This document shows, piece after piece, positions 9,353 through 20,329 of a DNA stretch of 64,000 nucleotides. The DNA is taken from the NCBI GenBank assembly GCA_045640985.1, contig JAZUFZ010000017.1, positions 18,125 through 82,124 on the forward strand, written 5' to 3'. The DNA comes from Bacteroidales bacterium (GTDB lineage Bacteria > Bacteroidota > Bacteroidia > Bacteroidales > P3). Below the pieces are notes generated by a model that was not told where the DNA came from, made no database searches, and saw only the letters and a program-made list of their open reading frames with translations. Position 1 is the stretch's first letter. Each line of letters begins with the position of its first letter. A program made the translations under genes and the position numbers.

Positions 9353-10101
9353 TGTTTGGTTTTTTGAAATCCAGAAAAGGCGCAGCGCCCATATTTGAGG
9401 CGTTAGGTACAGATATGCACTGTCATCTGATACCAAATGTAGATGATGGTTCCAGAAGCGAACTGGAAACGGTGGAATGTCTGGAAATACTGCAAAGCGT
9501 AGGATACAAACATGTGATTATCACACCCCATTTCCAGGCACCCAGATTCCCCAATCAGGAAGAGGATATCGTTGCAAGATACAAACGGGTTCAAGACTTT
9601 GTGGCAGATAAAGGATTGAAGATAACCTTGAACGGAATTGCAGGTGAATACCGTATTGATTCGGGATTTGAACATCGATTGAATGACAACAAATTTCTGA
9701 CCTTGAAATACGGGGAAAGCAACATGGTGCTGATTGAATTTTCATTGCGCCAGCATGTATTGGGAATAAAAGAGATTATTGATGAATTGCAGGCCGATGG
9801 ATATACAGTAATTCTGGCTCATCCTGAAAGATACCCTTATCTCAACATCAATGGCATGGAAATTAGAAGCCTGAAGGAGAATGGGGTGCTCCTGCAATTA
9901 AACCTGCTGAGCCTGGACGGATTCTATGGAGATGAACCGAAGCGCAAGGCCCTGCAGCTGATAGAACGCGGATGGGTGGAATTTATGGGAACAGATATGC
10001 ACAATCCCCTTTATGGCCAAGCCCTCATTCAGGCTTCCCGAAACAGGACAATTGAGAAAATTATCAATAAATATCATTTTCTGAACAACGAATTAATATG
10101 A
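9352..10101 (+). CDS. CpsB/YwqE-like PHP-domain protein-tyrosine phosphatase
   Basis: DMHCHLIPNVDDGS near the N-terminus and later AHPERY, the metal-binding motifs of the CpsB family. Confidence 0.8.
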   Translation: MFGFLKSRKGAAPIFEALGTDMHCHLIPNVDDGSRSELETVECLEILQSVGYKHVIITPHFQAPRFPNQEEDIVARYKRVQDFVADKGLKITLNGIAGEYRIDSGFEHRLNDNKFLTLKYGESNMVLIEFSLRQHVLGIKEIIDELQADGYTVILAHPERYPYLNINGMEIRSLKENGVLLQLNLLSLDGFYGDEPKRKALQLIERGWVEFMGTDMHNPLYGQALIQASRNRTIEKIINKYHFLNNELI

Positions 10102-11432
10102 ATACATTAAATGCAATCACGCCTATAGATGGGCGCTACAGAAACAAAGTAGAAAAACTGGCCAACTATTTTTCAGAGGGCGCATTAATCAAATACAGAG
10201 TACGTATAGAGGTGGAATACTTCATCGCACTCTGCCAGAAACTCAATATTGGTATCGATGCCAATATGTTTGAAAGGCTGCGCGATATCTACCGCAACTT
10301 TACAGATGATGATGCGGCAGAAATCAAAGAAATAGAAAAAACCACTAACCATGATGTAAAGGCTGTTGAATATTTCCTGAAACGTCATTTCGATGCTCTG
10401 GGTCTGGAAAAATATAAAGAATTCATTCATTTCGGCCTCACTTCCCAGGACATCAACAACACCTCTGTGCCCCTGAGCATGAAAGAATGCCACAATGAGG
10501 TATTGATGCCTATGTATGAAAATATTCTCAGCATGATTGAAGCACGCGCACAGGAATGGAAAGACATTCCCATGTTGGCTCATACACATGGACAACCGGC
10601 ATCCCCAACCTCACTGGGGAAAGAAATGATGGTGTTTGCCTACAGAATGCGCCGACAGATGGACTATTTCAAACAGATTCCTTTTTCTGCAAAGTTCGGC
10701 GGAGCAACCGGTAACTTCAACGCCCATCTGGCAGCCTACCCGGAAATTGACTGGCGAGAGTTCGGAAATACCTTCGTGGCACAGAGTCTCGGGTTGGAAC
10801 GTCTGCAATATACCACCCAGATTGAAAACTATGACAATATGGCTGCATATTTCGACAACTGCAAACGTATCAATGTCATACTGGTAGATTTCTGCCGGGA
10901 TATCTGGACTTATGTATCGATGGAATATTTCAAACAGAAAATCAAAGCCGGAGAAGTAGGCTCTTCCGCAATGCCTCATAAAGTAAATCCTATAGATTTC
11001 GAAAATGCAGAAGGTAACCTCGGTCTTGCCAATGCAATTTTTGAACACCTGAGCCATAAACTTCCTATCTCCAGGATGCAGCGCGACCTTACCGACTCTA
11101 CTGTAAGTCGCAATATCGGCGTACCAATTGCTCATACGCTCATCTCTCTGGCATCTCTTGAGAAAGGTTTCAACAAACTTATCCTCAACGAACAGGCAAT
11201 TTATAACGATCTTGACAACAACTGGGCTGTTGTGGCAGAAGCTATCCAGACCATTCTCCGCAGCGTAGGTTATCCAAACCCTTACGAAACACTCAAACAG
11301 CTTACCCGCACCAACACAAAAGTAACTGCCCAGACAATCTCCGAATTTGTGGATACCCTTGATGTAAGCGCCGAAATTAAAGAACGCATTCGCAAGATTA
11401 CCCCACACAACTACCTCGGATACCTGATATGA
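10098..11432 (+). CDS. purB: adenylosuccinate lyase
   Basis: ITPIDGRYRNKV..., HTHGQPASPTSLGKE and GEVGSSAMPHKVNPIDFEN signature. ATGA overlap with the upstream gene. Confidence 0.93.
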   Translation: MNTLNAITPIDGRYRNKVEKLANYFSEGALIKYRVRIEVEYFIALCQKLNIGIDANMFERLRDIYRNFTDDDAAEIKEIEKTTNHDVKAVEYFLKRHFDALGLEKYKEFIHFGLTSQDINNTSVPLSMKECHNEVLMPMYENILSMIEARAQEWKDIPMLAHTHGQPASPTSLGKEMMVFAYRMRRQMDYFKQIPFSAKFGGATGNFNAHLAAYPEIDWREFGNTFVAQSLGLERLQYTTQIENYDNMAAYFDNCKRINVILVDFCRDIWTYVSMEYFKQKIKAGEVGSSAMPHKVNPIDFENAEGNLGLANAIFEHLSHKLPISRMQRDLTDSTVSRNIGVPIAHTLISLASLEKGFNKLILNEQAIYNDLDNNWAVVAEAIQTILRSVGYPNPYETLKQLTRTNTKVTAQTISEFVDTLDVSAEIKERIRKITPHNYLGYLI

Positions 11433-13231
11433 AATCGTTCACACTACAGCATATAAAGCCATACACTGCCCGTGCGGCAGTGTATGGGATTTATGTTACC
11501 CTTAGTGTGATTTTCACTATGGCCACAGCGCTCAGCGTGGCTGATTTCCTTAAGCTACTGTTCAATCCCGAAAACAGCCAGGTCCCTGTTTCAACCAACG
11601 GGAACCTTATCAGCAAATGGTTAGATGTATTATATGCCTGGCTGATTGATTTCGGACAAAGCAAGGCATTACTGATTTTTGCGGGACTGCTTATCATAGT
11701 TTATGGTTTGAAGAACATTTTCTCCTATCTTTCTGCCATCCAGATTGCCTCTATCCGTATAAGAATAATCCGGGATGTACGACAGGAATTGTTCTCACAT
11801 ACGCTCCATCTGCCGCTCTCTCATTTCTCTACCACAAAAAAAGGAGATCTGCTCTCCCGGTTCGGAGGAGATCTTGTAGAATATGACGAAACCTCCCTGG
11901 CATCCATACAGACCATGGCGACCGCCATTATCAGTATGATTCTTTACCTTGTAATGTTATTCTATATCAATATAAAGCTTACCCTATTTGTACTTTGTAT
12001 GCTGCCGATAGTAGTATTTGTTATTTCTGGAATCACCCGCCGCCTGCGTCGCCATTCTCAAGATGTACAGGAAAGAGCCTCTCACCTCATGTCCCTCATG
12101 GAAGAAACCGTAAGTGGATTAAAGGTCATCAAAGCCTATACAGCCATCGGGTTCAGCCAAAAGCGTTTCCAATCCTATAATGCAGAACACGCCAGACGAA
12201 GAACATCAATGCTGAGAAGAATAGATCTTGCCCCACCGACCAGCGAATTTCTTGGAAATGTAATCGTTATAGGAATCCTTCTTTTCGGGGCCAATCTGGT
12301 ACTCCATGGGGATAATGGTCTTACCCCCGAACTCTTCATTTCCTATATCATGCTCTTTGTCCTTATGATTCCCCCCGCCAAAGACATTTCTTCCGCCGTA
12401 TCTTTACTCAAGAAAGGTAAGGCCTGCACAAGCCGTATCCAAGAGTTATTAGATAGTTACCTCGAAGAAACCAACCCTCAAGGAGTCCCCGTTTCGGATA
12501 TAAGCGATATTGAGTTTCGAGATGTCTGCTTCCATTATACACCTGAAACGGAAGTACTCCATAACATCAGTTTCTCTATACCTAAAGGACACACCATTGC
12601 CCTCGTGGGCAGTAGCGGAAGCGGTAAATCCACCATTGCTGACCTACTTTTGCATTTCTACCCCGTCTCCCATGGACAGATCCTTATCAACAATATAAAT
12701 ATTAACCAATTGAATATTGCAGATCTGAGAAGAAAGATAGGTGTAGTCTCTCAAGATACACTTCTTTTCAACGACTCGGTTTCCAACAATATTGCTTTTG
12801 GAAACAAAGATGCCACTCCCCAGCAGATTCAGCAAGCCGCCCGGCTCGCCGGTGCAGATGGATTCATCACAAAACTTCCTTTGGGATATCAGACCAATAT
12901 CGGCGATGGTGGCTGTTCCCTTTCTGGAGGACAGCGTCAGCGTATTTCTATTGCCCGTGCACTGCTTTCCCAACCTGACCTGCTGATTCTCGACGAAGCT
13001 ACCAGTGCTCTTGATACAGAATCTGAACGCATCGTTCAACAAGCGTTAGACTCGGCTTTAACAGAACGTACTGCCCTTGTGATTGCACATCGTCTTTCTA
13101 CCATTATGTCTGCCGACCTTATCCTGGTTATTGAAGAAGGCAGAATAACTGAACGGGGAACACACCAGGAACTTATCCAACTTAACGGCCGATATAAACA
13201 ACTAATAGACCTCCAGTCTTTCAAAGCATAG
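11429..13231 (+). CDS. ABC transporter, fused permease/ATPase (MsbA-like exporter)
   Basis: Six-TM N-terminal half, Walker A GSSGSGKST, signature LSGGQRQR, Walker B LILDEATSALD. Confidence 0.88.
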   Translation: MKSFTLQHIKPYTARAAVYGIYVTLSVIFTMATALSVADFLKLLFNPENSQVPVSTNGNLISKWLDVLYAWLIDFGQSKALLIFAGLLIIVYGLKNIFSYLSAIQIASIRIRIIRDVRQELFSHTLHLPLSHFSTTKKGDLLSRFGGDLVEYDETSLASIQTMATAIISMILYLVMLFYINIKLTLFVLCMLPIVVFVISGITRRLRRHSQDVQERASHLMSLMEETVSGLKVIKAYTAIGFSQKRFQSYNAEHARRRTSMLRRIDLAPPTSEFLGNVIVIGILLFGANLVLHGDNGLTPELFISYIMLFVLMIPPAKDISSAVSLLKKGKACTSRIQELLDSYLEETNPQGVPVSDISDIEFRDVCFHYTPETEVLHNISFSIPKGHTIALVGSSGSGKSTIADLLLHFYPVSHGQILINNININQLNIADLRRKIGVVSQDTLLFNDSVSNNIAFGNKDATPQQIQQAARLAGADGFITKLPLGYQTNIGDGGCSLSGGQRQRISIARALLSQPDLLILDEATSALDTESERIVQQALDSALTERTALVIAHRLSTIMSADLILVIEEGRITERGTHQELIQLNGRYKQLIDLQSFKA

Positions 13232-13238
13232 ATTTCTC

Positions 13239-14453
13239 TTGAACATTCTAAAGTCCATAATAAGACCATTCGCCCAATACATCGTTCTGGGAATTTATCT
13301 ATTTGTTTCATGGGATACAACTGCTCAAAATATCGACCTCCAAACTTCACAGATCGCTCCTAAAATTGTTCAGATATCCTGGTCCTCCCCGGATTCCTGC
13401 TTGTCGCCATTCTACCTCTACAGGAGTTTGCCGGGACAGAACTGGGAACAACTCTCGAATGATGCGGTTTCCCCTTACAGAGATACCATCCCTATGGTAC
13501 TTTGCGGAGACACCATCCGATATAAGGTGTTGTCCCCTAACGGACTCTCTCCCGTATGTCCTATTGCCATGATTGACAACTTGCCCACAAGTCCTTGTAC
13601 CATCTGCGTAGCTTCTGTCGAAGATTCTTCCCAGCATATCATTCTCTCATGGAACCCCAACCCGGACCCGGACATATTGGGCTACTATCTTTGCAGCGGC
13701 TTCCCCTGTACTGATTATGATACTATATGGGGGGCAGAAAATACAACTTATACCTGTGAAGACCTCTCAGCGACGGAATCCCACACCTTCAGGCTATTGG
13801 CTTTTGACTCCTGTATGAATGCAGGGCCGCTGACTGACCCTTTGTCCAATATGATTTTTTCTGTATCAGCTGATACTACTACCCGCAATATAAACGCCCA
13901 ATGGACCCAGTATCAGAATATGCCATCCGGCGTTAAATGCTATAAGTTCTATTTCCGCTATGGGTTGGATACACCGTGGCTGCTTCTTGACTCTCTGCCC
14001 TCTTCCAGATTCCAGTACAGTTTCTCTACCTCTGAAAATGCAGCACTCCACATCTACGCCAAAGTAGTGGCTCTCAATACTGACGGTACGCTGACGGCTT
14101 CTTCCAACACCGACTCCTGCTACCTTCCTCCACACAACAATCCAAACGATACAACCCCGTCCGATACCGCCCTTTTTCCACTTGTACTGTATCCTAATAT
14201 TTTCACTCCCGGACTTCCTACCAACAATATTTTCCTGCCTATAGTTCATCAGTTAGACCCCGACAACTACGCGCTCTATATCTTCAACCGCCATGGTGGA
14301 CGGGTATTCTTTTCCGATAATCCCTCTTTGGGATGGGATGGTACCTATCATGGGGAACTCTGCCCACAGGGCTCATACATCTTTCATCTTCGGGTCCGTC
14401 ATTACTCTGGCGGCGTCTTCAACTACACCGGAAATATCCTTTTAATCAGATAA
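13239..14453 (+). CDS. secreted protein with T9SS type-B (gliding-motility CHU_C-like) C-terminal domain
   Basis: TTG start followed by a signal-like N-terminus. C-terminus PNIFTPG...N..F.P.......Y.L.IFNR.G..VF......GWDGTY.G...P.G.Y.F matches the type-B sorting-domain pattern. Confidence 0.75.
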   Translation: MNILKSIIRPFAQYIVLGIYLFVSWDTTAQNIDLQTSQIAPKIVQISWSSPDSCLSPFYLYRSLPGQNWEQLSNDAVSPYRDTIPMVLCGDTIRYKVLSPNGLSPVCPIAMIDNLPTSPCTICVASVEDSSQHIILSWNPNPDPDILGYYLCSGFPCTDYDTIWGAENTTYTCEDLSATESHTFRLLAFDSCMNAGPLTDPLSNMIFSVSADTTTRNINAQWTQYQNMPSGVKCYKFYFRYGLDTPWLLLDSLPSSRFQYSFSTSENAALHIYAKVVALNTDGTLTASSNTDSCYLPPHNNPNDTTPSDTALFPLVLYPNIFTPGLPTNNIFLPIVHQLDPDNYALYIFNRHGGRVFFSDNPSLGWDGTYHGELCPQGSYIFHLRVRHYSGGVFNYTGNILLIR

Positions 14454-14481
14454 ATTTCTCATTTCATAATAACCCATTATC

Positions 14482-15285
14482 ATGAAGACCGCACTCTACA
14501 CAAAATATGTTGAACCTTCGATGCATCATCACCTTGAGAACCTTGTTCTGGCTCTGCATAACCATCATATTGAAACCACTGAATTTTCCGATTCACTTCC
14601 TCATCAGGATTTCGATTTCGTACTCTCTATCGGTGGGGATGGTACCCTGTTGAGTTGTGTACATCATATTGTAGATTCCGGTATCCCTATTATCGGCGTG
14701 AATTTCGGGCATCTCGGATTTCTTACCACGGTAGGAACCGAAAATCTGGAAGACTTCGCGGAGAATCTTGTAATGGGCCATTTTTCCATCGAAAAGAGGA
14801 CGCTCCTAAATGCTATGGTGGATGATATCGACACCTTCGCTCTCAACGAAGTTTTCGTTCATCGTGCAGAGAATGTTCCATTGCTCCAGACCGACCTTTA
14901 CGTTGATGAAGAATATGTTGCAACCTATAGCGGTGATGGACTCATTGTTGCAACTCCTACAGGAAGTACTGCCTATTCTCTCAGTTGCGGCGGACCTATA
15001 CTTACCCCCAATAGCGGATGTTTTGTAGTTACCCCTATCGGAGCCCATAGCCTCACTCTGAGACCTTTCATTGTGCCCGATACTGCCTCCATCAAACTGG
15101 TAACCGACTCTCGCCATTCCACGCTTTATTTAGGACTTGACTCCCGTAGCCAGGAACTGAAAGGTGGTACAACCATTCTTCTGCAGCGAGCCAACTTTAC
15201 CATCAATCTGGTTCGTATGAGCCACCAGAACTTCTTCTCTGCAATACACCAGAAACTCCTCTGGGGTACGGATGCCCGAAGATAA
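14482..15285 (+). CDS. nadK: NAD kinase
   Basis: GGDGTLLS motif and NEV...TPTGSTAYSLSCGGPI pattern. Confidence 0.9.
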   Translation: MKTALYTKYVEPSMHHHLENLVLALHNHHIETTEFSDSLPHQDFDFVLSIGGDGTLLSCVHHIVDSGIPIIGVNFGHLGFLTTVGTENLEDFAENLVMGHFSIEKRTLLNAMVDDIDTFALNEVFVHRAENVPLLQTDLYVDEEYVATYSGDGLIVATPTGSTAYSLSCGGPILTPNSGCFVVTPIGAHSLTLRPFIVPDTASIKLVTDSRHSTLYLGLDSRSQELKGGTTILLQRANFTINLVRMSHQNFFSAIHQKLLWGTDARR

Positions 15286-15298
15286 TGAGGCACTCCTG

Positions 15299-17431
15299 CT
15301 ATTCCACTATCACCATCTCATCGATAAGATGGCTTGCTCCTGCATATTTGTCTATGATAAACAGACAATAGCGAATATCCAGACTTATATTTCTACAATA
15401 ATCAGGATCAAACAGCAGATCACTCATAGTACCCTCCCAACAGCGGTCGAAGTTGATACCGACCAACTGGCCTTCTGCATTCAGTACGGGACTTCCACTG
15501 TTTCCTCCAGTGGTATGATTTGTAGCGATAAACCCTACCGGAAGTTCCCCTTTTGCGTTGGCATATCGACCGTAATCCTTGTTGTTATACAGTTCTTTCA
15601 ACCGGTCCTCGACCACATAATCATATATATCTGGATTTTCTTTCTGCATTATTCCCTCCAGCGTACTATAGGGCTTGTAGTAAACACCATCCTGAGGACG
15701 GAAACCAGCTACATGCCCATACGTTACTCTCAACGTAAGGTTTGCATCAGGGAAGAAATTGCTGTCGCTATACATCTCCATCTGTCCTTTTACATATAGC
15801 CTCATCAACTGGTTAATGTTCTGACGGCTGCGAGTGTATAAGGTATTCTTCTCCTGGGTATAGCATACATAATATGCTACATTGAACAGATCTACCCCAG
15901 GGTCAGAAACCAATTTCTTCTTGTCACCCATTTTGTACGATTTCAGAAGTTTATCCATTTTGTCGCGATGGGTCAGCAGAGAATTATCATATATTTCATT
16001 CAGGAGTTTGGTAATTCCAGCTTTATCCTTACCTTTCTTTTCCAGATAAGGCGCATATCCTGCTTCCCAACATGCTAGCATGGTTTCAACAAATATAGCC
16101 TTATCCACGACTGTGTGCTCATCGAAATCCTTGAAATAGTTTTCATTCTCTTTCAATAACTCAGCTGTTTTTGCAGCAACAACAGAATCTCTTCCCGAAT
16201 TGGACAACTGCCATAATTTGTAGGCTCTATTCATGAAATCGCTTGCCATCACAGCCTCATTAAAATACACCCGCTCTACTTCTATCGGACTCATATTACG
16301 GTAATTGGCACCTAACTGTGCCAGCACTTCCGAGTATTCCGTCTTGTCATTTGCCCATTCTTGAAAAACACGTTCCTGTTCTTTCTTCTGCTGCACGCCT
16401 TTTAAGCGTTCAATACCCTGGGTTTCACCTTGCCATTTCTTCCATCCGTTAGCAATGCTGGCAACTCTTGAAGCATATTTCAGACGCTGGGCGGGACTCT
16501 GCTCCATGGCAGCCTTGTAATGGTTCAGACGGATATCGCGCATCTTGATTCTGATGGGATTCTCTACATTGGCTGCAAGATCCACCTCGTCGCTTGTCAC
16601 ATAACGTTTCGTCGTTCCGGGATAGCCAAACACAAAGGTGAAATCCCCTTCATCTACTCCTTTGAGGGATATTTCCATAAACCGCAACGGCTTGTAGGGC
16701 TTATTGTAACGGCTGTAAGGAGCAGGTCTATTATCATTGTCTGCATATACCCTGAACATAGAAAAATCTCCCGTATGACGGGGCCACATCCAGTTGTCGG
16801 TATCTCCGCCGAACTTGCCTATATTGGATGGGGGAGCTCCGACCAGACGCACATCGGTAAACACTTCATTAACATACATGAAATACTGGTTCCCATAATA
16901 GAACGGCTTGATGATGGCCTTATAATGGGTTCCTCTTACAGCCTTGGCTGTTATCTGTTCTATGTTCTTTTCTATGATTCTGTTACGGTCTGCTTCGGTG
17001 GTATTTTCCGTCACACCTGCCAGAACTTCTTCCGTCACATCTTCCATCCTCACTAAACGGGTGGCGGTAAGGCCCGGGCAAGGCAGTTCCTCATCTTTAC
17101 TCATAGCCCAGAAACCATGGGTCAGATAATCGTGTGCCACCGTGCTGTGGCTCGTGATGTAACTGTAGCCGCAATGATGATTGGTCAGGAAAAGACCTTC
17201 GTTACTTACATATTCTCCGGTGCATCCCTGATTGAACAACAGCACGGCATCCTTCAGACAGGCATGGTTGATGTCATATATATCCTTGGCACTAATCTTC
17301 ATACCTGCCTTCTGCATATCGGCCTCATTCTTGCCGAGAAGCATCGGAATCCACATTCCCTCGTCGGCTATGGCCGACATGCCCATTATCATAAGGGCTG
17401 CTACAATAAAAAATCTTTTCATATTCAACAT
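15299..17431 (-). CDS. S46-family dipeptidyl-peptidase (DPP7/DPP11-like)
   Basis: Signal peptide then ADEGMWIP, NHHCG and a C-terminal TTGGNSGSPV serine-protease motif. 710 aa. Confidence 0.88.
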   Translation of the reverse strand: MLNMKRFFIVAALMIMGMSAIADEGMWIPMLLGKNEADMQKAGMKISAKDIYDINHACLKDAVLLFNQGCTGEYVSNEGLFLTNHHCGYSYITSHSTVAHDYLTHGFWAMSKDEELPCPGLTATRLVRMEDVTEEVLAGVTENTTEADRNRIIEKNIEQITAKAVRGTHYKAIIKPFYYGNQYFMYVNEVFTDVRLVGAPPSNIGKFGGDTDNWMWPRHTGDFSMFRVYADNDNRPAPYSRYNKPYKPLRFMEISLKGVDEGDFTFVFGYPGTTKRYVTSDEVDLAANVENPIRIKMRDIRLNHYKAAMEQSPAQRLKYASRVASIANGWKKWQGETQGIERLKGVQQKKEQERVFQEWANDKTEYSEVLAQLGANYRNMSPIEVERVYFNEAVMASDFMNRAYKLWQLSNSGRDSVVAAKTAELLKENENYFKDFDEHTVVDKAIFVETMLACWEAGYAPYLEKKGKDKAGITKLLNEIYDNSLLTHRDKMDKLLKSYKMGDKKKLVSDPGVDLFNVAYYVCYTQEKNTLYTRSRQNINQLMRLYVKGQMEMYSDSNFFPDANLTLRVTYGHVAGFRPQDGVYYKPYSTLEGIMQKENPDIYDYVVEDRLKELYNNKDYGRYANAKGELPVGFIATNHTTGGNSGSPVLNAEGQLVGINFDRCWEGTMSDLLFDPDYCRNISLDIRYCLFIIDKYAGASHLIDEMVIVE

Positions 17432-18294
17432 ACTAATTTTGTTACTGCAAGAAGTACCACATAACCAGCGTTGAGAAGCCCGTAGTGGAACAGAACCTTG
17501 TTATATTGGCTGCCCTGAGCGTTCAGGTATTCTGAATATACGCCGAAGTGCAATGCCATGAATATCACGAATCCGAAACGGAAGTCTGGCGAAATCCTGA
17601 AAAAGGTACAAGCGGCAAAGACCACAGATGCCACCAACAGGGCACCCACCCCTCCTCGGGTCGCTTTCATACCAAACCGCACGGGGAACGTCTTTTTCCC
17701 AGCCGTACGGTCGTCTTCTATATCTCTTGTATTGTTGGTTGCCAGTACACACACGGCTATACACCCGCACACGCACCCAGCCGCCACGGAAGTCCAATCC
17801 CAATTGCCTGTCTGCAGGAGAGCCGTCCCGGCCGCAGCCAGCGGGCCGTAATAGAGAAAGCAGATAATGTCGGCCATACCCGTATATGAAAGCGAATGCC
17901 TTGTAGCAGTATAGAGCCAGGCAAAAATCAAGGCGGTAACACCTATCAGGAGGATAGGCCATCCTCCCTTCAGTATAAGCACAGCCCCAAGTATCACGCA
18001 TAGGCCCGCTGCTATATAACAGGCCCGTTTCATCTGCCCCTCACTCACCAGACCTTCAGCCAAGGCTCGCTGGGGCCCCACGCGGCCTGCCTTGTCGGAT
18101 CCGCGTTTATAGTCATAGAAGTCGTTCACCAGATTGGCCAATATCTGCAGGGACAAGGCGCAAAGCAAAGTACATACCGCCGTGCCCGGACGACTTACAA
18201 TCTCAATGGCCAGCAGCCCAGCCAGCACTGGGCAGGCCGAGGCAAAAAGGGTCTTGGGTCTGCAGATCTTGAACCAGAGTTTCAACTTGCTCAT
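17425..18294 (-). CDS. menA: 1,4-dihydroxy-2-naphthoate polyprenyltransferase (UbiA family)
   Basis: NDFYDYKRGSD and NNTRDIEDD motifs. Polytopic membrane protein. Confidence 0.82.
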   Translation of the reverse strand: MSKLKLWFKICRPKTLFASACPVLAGLLAIEIVSRPGTAVCTLLCALSLQILANLVNDFYDYKRGSDKAGRVGPQRALAEGLVSEGQMKRACYIAAGLCVILGAVLILKGGWPILLIGVTALIFAWLYTATRHSLSYTGMADIICFLYYGPLAAAGTALLQTGNWDWTSVAAGCVCGCIAVCVLATNNTRDIEDDRTAGKKTFPVRFGMKATRGGVGALLVASVVFAACTFFRISPDFRFGFVIFMALHFGVYSEYLNAQGSQYNKVLFHYGLLNAGYVVLLAVTKLVC

Positions 18295-20042
18295 ATCAGA
18301 TTCATATCTTTCTTGATGGACTCAATCTTCGCATCCAAACAATTGCAGACCATCTCGAAATCCTCCTTCTTGAGCAGTTCGCCCTTCACCCCGAAATAGA
18401 ACTTAATCTTAGGTTCCGTACCGCTGGGACGTACCGTAACTTTACAGCCCTCTTCGGTGAAGAACTGCAGCACGTTACTCTTCGGAAGGTCAATCTTCTC
18501 CACCTTGCCCGTCAGCAGGTCCGTAGTGGTACCTGATTCTATATCGTTGATTCTCACCACACGGCTGCCGTCAATAGTCTTCGGCGGATTCTCCCGGTAC
18601 TGACGCATCATCTCCTGGATTTCGGCTGCTCCGCTCTTGCCCTTGCGCACCACGCTCAGCAGTCCTTCCTTATAGAATCCATATTCCTTATAAAGATCCA
18701 CCAGAACGTCGAAGAAGGTCTTGCCCTGCTCGGCTGCCCAGGCGGTAATCTCGGCTATCATACAGCAGGCGCTCACCGCATCCTTGTCTCTCACGAAATC
18801 GCCCACCATATAGCCGTAGCTCTCCTCTCCTCCCGCGATAAACTGCTCCTTGCCTTCCATCTCGCGGATCTTGGCTCCGATCCACTTGAAGCCCGTCAGC
18901 ACGTCATATACCTTTATGCCCAGCCGCTTGGCTATATCAGCCGGAAGTTCGCTGGTTACGATGGTTTTGATGATATATTCCTTACCCGTAAGGAGTCCCT
19001 TCTCCTTCCATTGCTTGGTTACATAATAGATAATCATCGAAAGGGTCTGGTTTCCGTTGAGGAGCATCCATTCTCCGTCGGGACGTTTTACTGCTACGCC
19101 CACCCGGTCGGCATCCGGATCGCTTGCAAACACAATATCTGCATCAATCTTCTTACCCAGATTTACAGCCATTTCCATGGCGGCATGTTCCTCAGGGTTA
19201 GGGCTCGGCGTGGTCGGAAAGTTGCCGTCCGGAGTGGCCTGTTCTTCCACCACGTTCACGTTCTCAAATCCGAGCCGTTTCAGCATCTTCGGTATCAGCA
19301 CTATGCCCGTGCCATGCAACGGCGTATAGACAATCTTCAGATCCTTGTGTTTCTTTATCAGTTCCGGATGAAGCGCATTCTTCTCCACACGGCTGAGATA
19401 AATCTCATCCAGTCCTTCACCGATGATTTCGATACCCTCCATGGAATCCAGAATCTTCACATCGCCCACACTCTTGATTTTCATCACCTCGTCAATTACC
19501 CTCGTATCATGAGGTTCGGTCAGCTGACAGCCGTCGTTCCAGTAAGCCTTGTATCCGTTATATTCCTTAGGGTTGTGGCTGGCGGTCACCATCACACCCG
19601 TCTGGCAGCCCAGAGCCCTGATTGCGAACGAAAGTTCAGGAGTCGGACGCAGCGCCTCAAACAGGAACACCTTGAAACCGTTTCCTGCCAGCACACGGGC
19701 AGTTATCTCTGCAAACTCACGGCTATGGTTCCTTGAGTCATGCGAAACCACCGCTTTCAGTTCCTCTCCCTGGAAACAGGACTTCACATAATTCGCCAGA
19801 CCCTGGGTAGCCATACCCACCGTATATTTGTTCATCCGGTTGGTTCCCACTCCCATGATGCCGCGGAGTCCGCCGGTACCAAATTCCAGACTACGGTAGA
19901 AAGCCTCATTCAGTTCCCCCTGATCCCCTTTCAGCATCTCGCGGATAGCAGCCTTGGCAGCCTCATCATAATCCCCCTCTAACCAGGTACGGATATTTTC
20001 TTTTGCAGATTCGTCGATATTAAGATTGTTCAAGTTTTCCAT
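18291..20042 (-). CDS. phosphoglucomutase / phospho-sugar mutase (alpha-D-phosphohexomutase family)
   Basis: Active-site TASHNPKEYNGYK, DPDADR and GGEESYG motifs. 583 aa. Confidence 0.9.
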   Translation of the reverse strand: MENLNNLNIDESAKENIRTWLEGDYDEAAKAAIREMLKGDQGELNEAFYRSLEFGTGGLRGIMGVGTNRMNKYTVGMATQGLANYVKSCFQGEELKAVVSHDSRNHSREFAEITARVLAGNGFKVFLFEALRPTPELSFAIRALGCQTGVMVTASHNPKEYNGYKAYWNDGCQLTEPHDTRVIDEVMKIKSVGDVKILDSMEGIEIIGEGLDEIYLSRVEKNALHPELIKKHKDLKIVYTPLHGTGIVLIPKMLKRLGFENVNVVEEQATPDGNFPTTPSPNPEEHAAMEMAVNLGKKIDADIVFASDPDADRVGVAVKRPDGEWMLLNGNQTLSMIIYYVTKQWKEKGLLTGKEYIIKTIVTSELPADIAKRLGIKVYDVLTGFKWIGAKIREMEGKEQFIAGGEESYGYMVGDFVRDKDAVSACCMIAEITAWAAEQGKTFFDVLVDLYKEYGFYKEGLLSVVRKGKSGAAEIQEMMRQYRENPPKTIDGSRVVRINDIESGTTTDLLTGKVEKIDLPKSNVLQFFTEEGCKVTVRPSGTEPKIKFYFGVKGELLKKEDFEMVCNCLDAKIESIKKDMNLI

Positions 20043-20068
20043 AATATGATATATTTAATTTCAAAGTG

Positions 20069-20076
20069 CAAAATTA
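20069..20076 (-). promoter_or_regulatory. candidate -7 box (TAATTTTG on the minus strand) for the phosphoglucomutase operon
   Basis: CAAAATTA on the plus strand, 27 nt upstream of the ATG at 20042. Confidence 0.35.
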
Positions 20077-20131
20077 CAAAATAATTTCCACACCACCAAA
20101 TTTATTTTCCCCGCGTTTCACGGAAGCGGAT

Positions 20132-20281
20132 TTATTTCTTGAGAATCACCAACGCTCCTATCACCCCCGGAACCCATCCGCACAACGTCAGTAGAAGTAC
20201 TATCAGAAACGACCCGCATCCTTTATCCGCTACAGCAAACGGCGGGAACAATATTGCCAGCAGAACTCTCCAAAAAGACAT
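20132..20281 (-). CDS. YqaE/Pmp3-family small membrane proteolipid (49 aa)
   Basis: I translated it by hand: MSFWRVLLAILFPPFAVADKGCGSFLIVLLLTLCGWVPGVIGALVILKK. It is below the ORF-track size cut-off. Two TM helices and the family-typical LP.....G and GW.PG...A pattern. Confidence 0.75.
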   Translation of the reverse strand: MSFWRVLLAILFPPFAVADKGCGSFLIVLLLTLCGWVPGVIGALVILKK

Positions 20282-20329
20282 ATCAAAATGGTGTTGTTAA
20301 ATAGTCGATGTTACTTCCTTAATGAAATG

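Noticed and set aside
9352-10101. CpsB-like tyrosine phosphatase without an adjacent Wzc-type kinase or capsule genes
   Set aside because: It is a single ordinary-looking gene translationally coupled to purB. Nothing unusual is visible in the sequence itself, and its partners may simply be elsewhere.
17425-20042. Overlapping stop/start junctions linking phosphoglucomutase, menA and the S46 peptidase (and cpsB-purB-ABC on the plus strand) as an odd functional operon
   Set aside because: Short 4-7-nt overlaps between functionally unrelated housekeeping genes are common in compact bacterial genomes. There is no evidence of a shared pathway.
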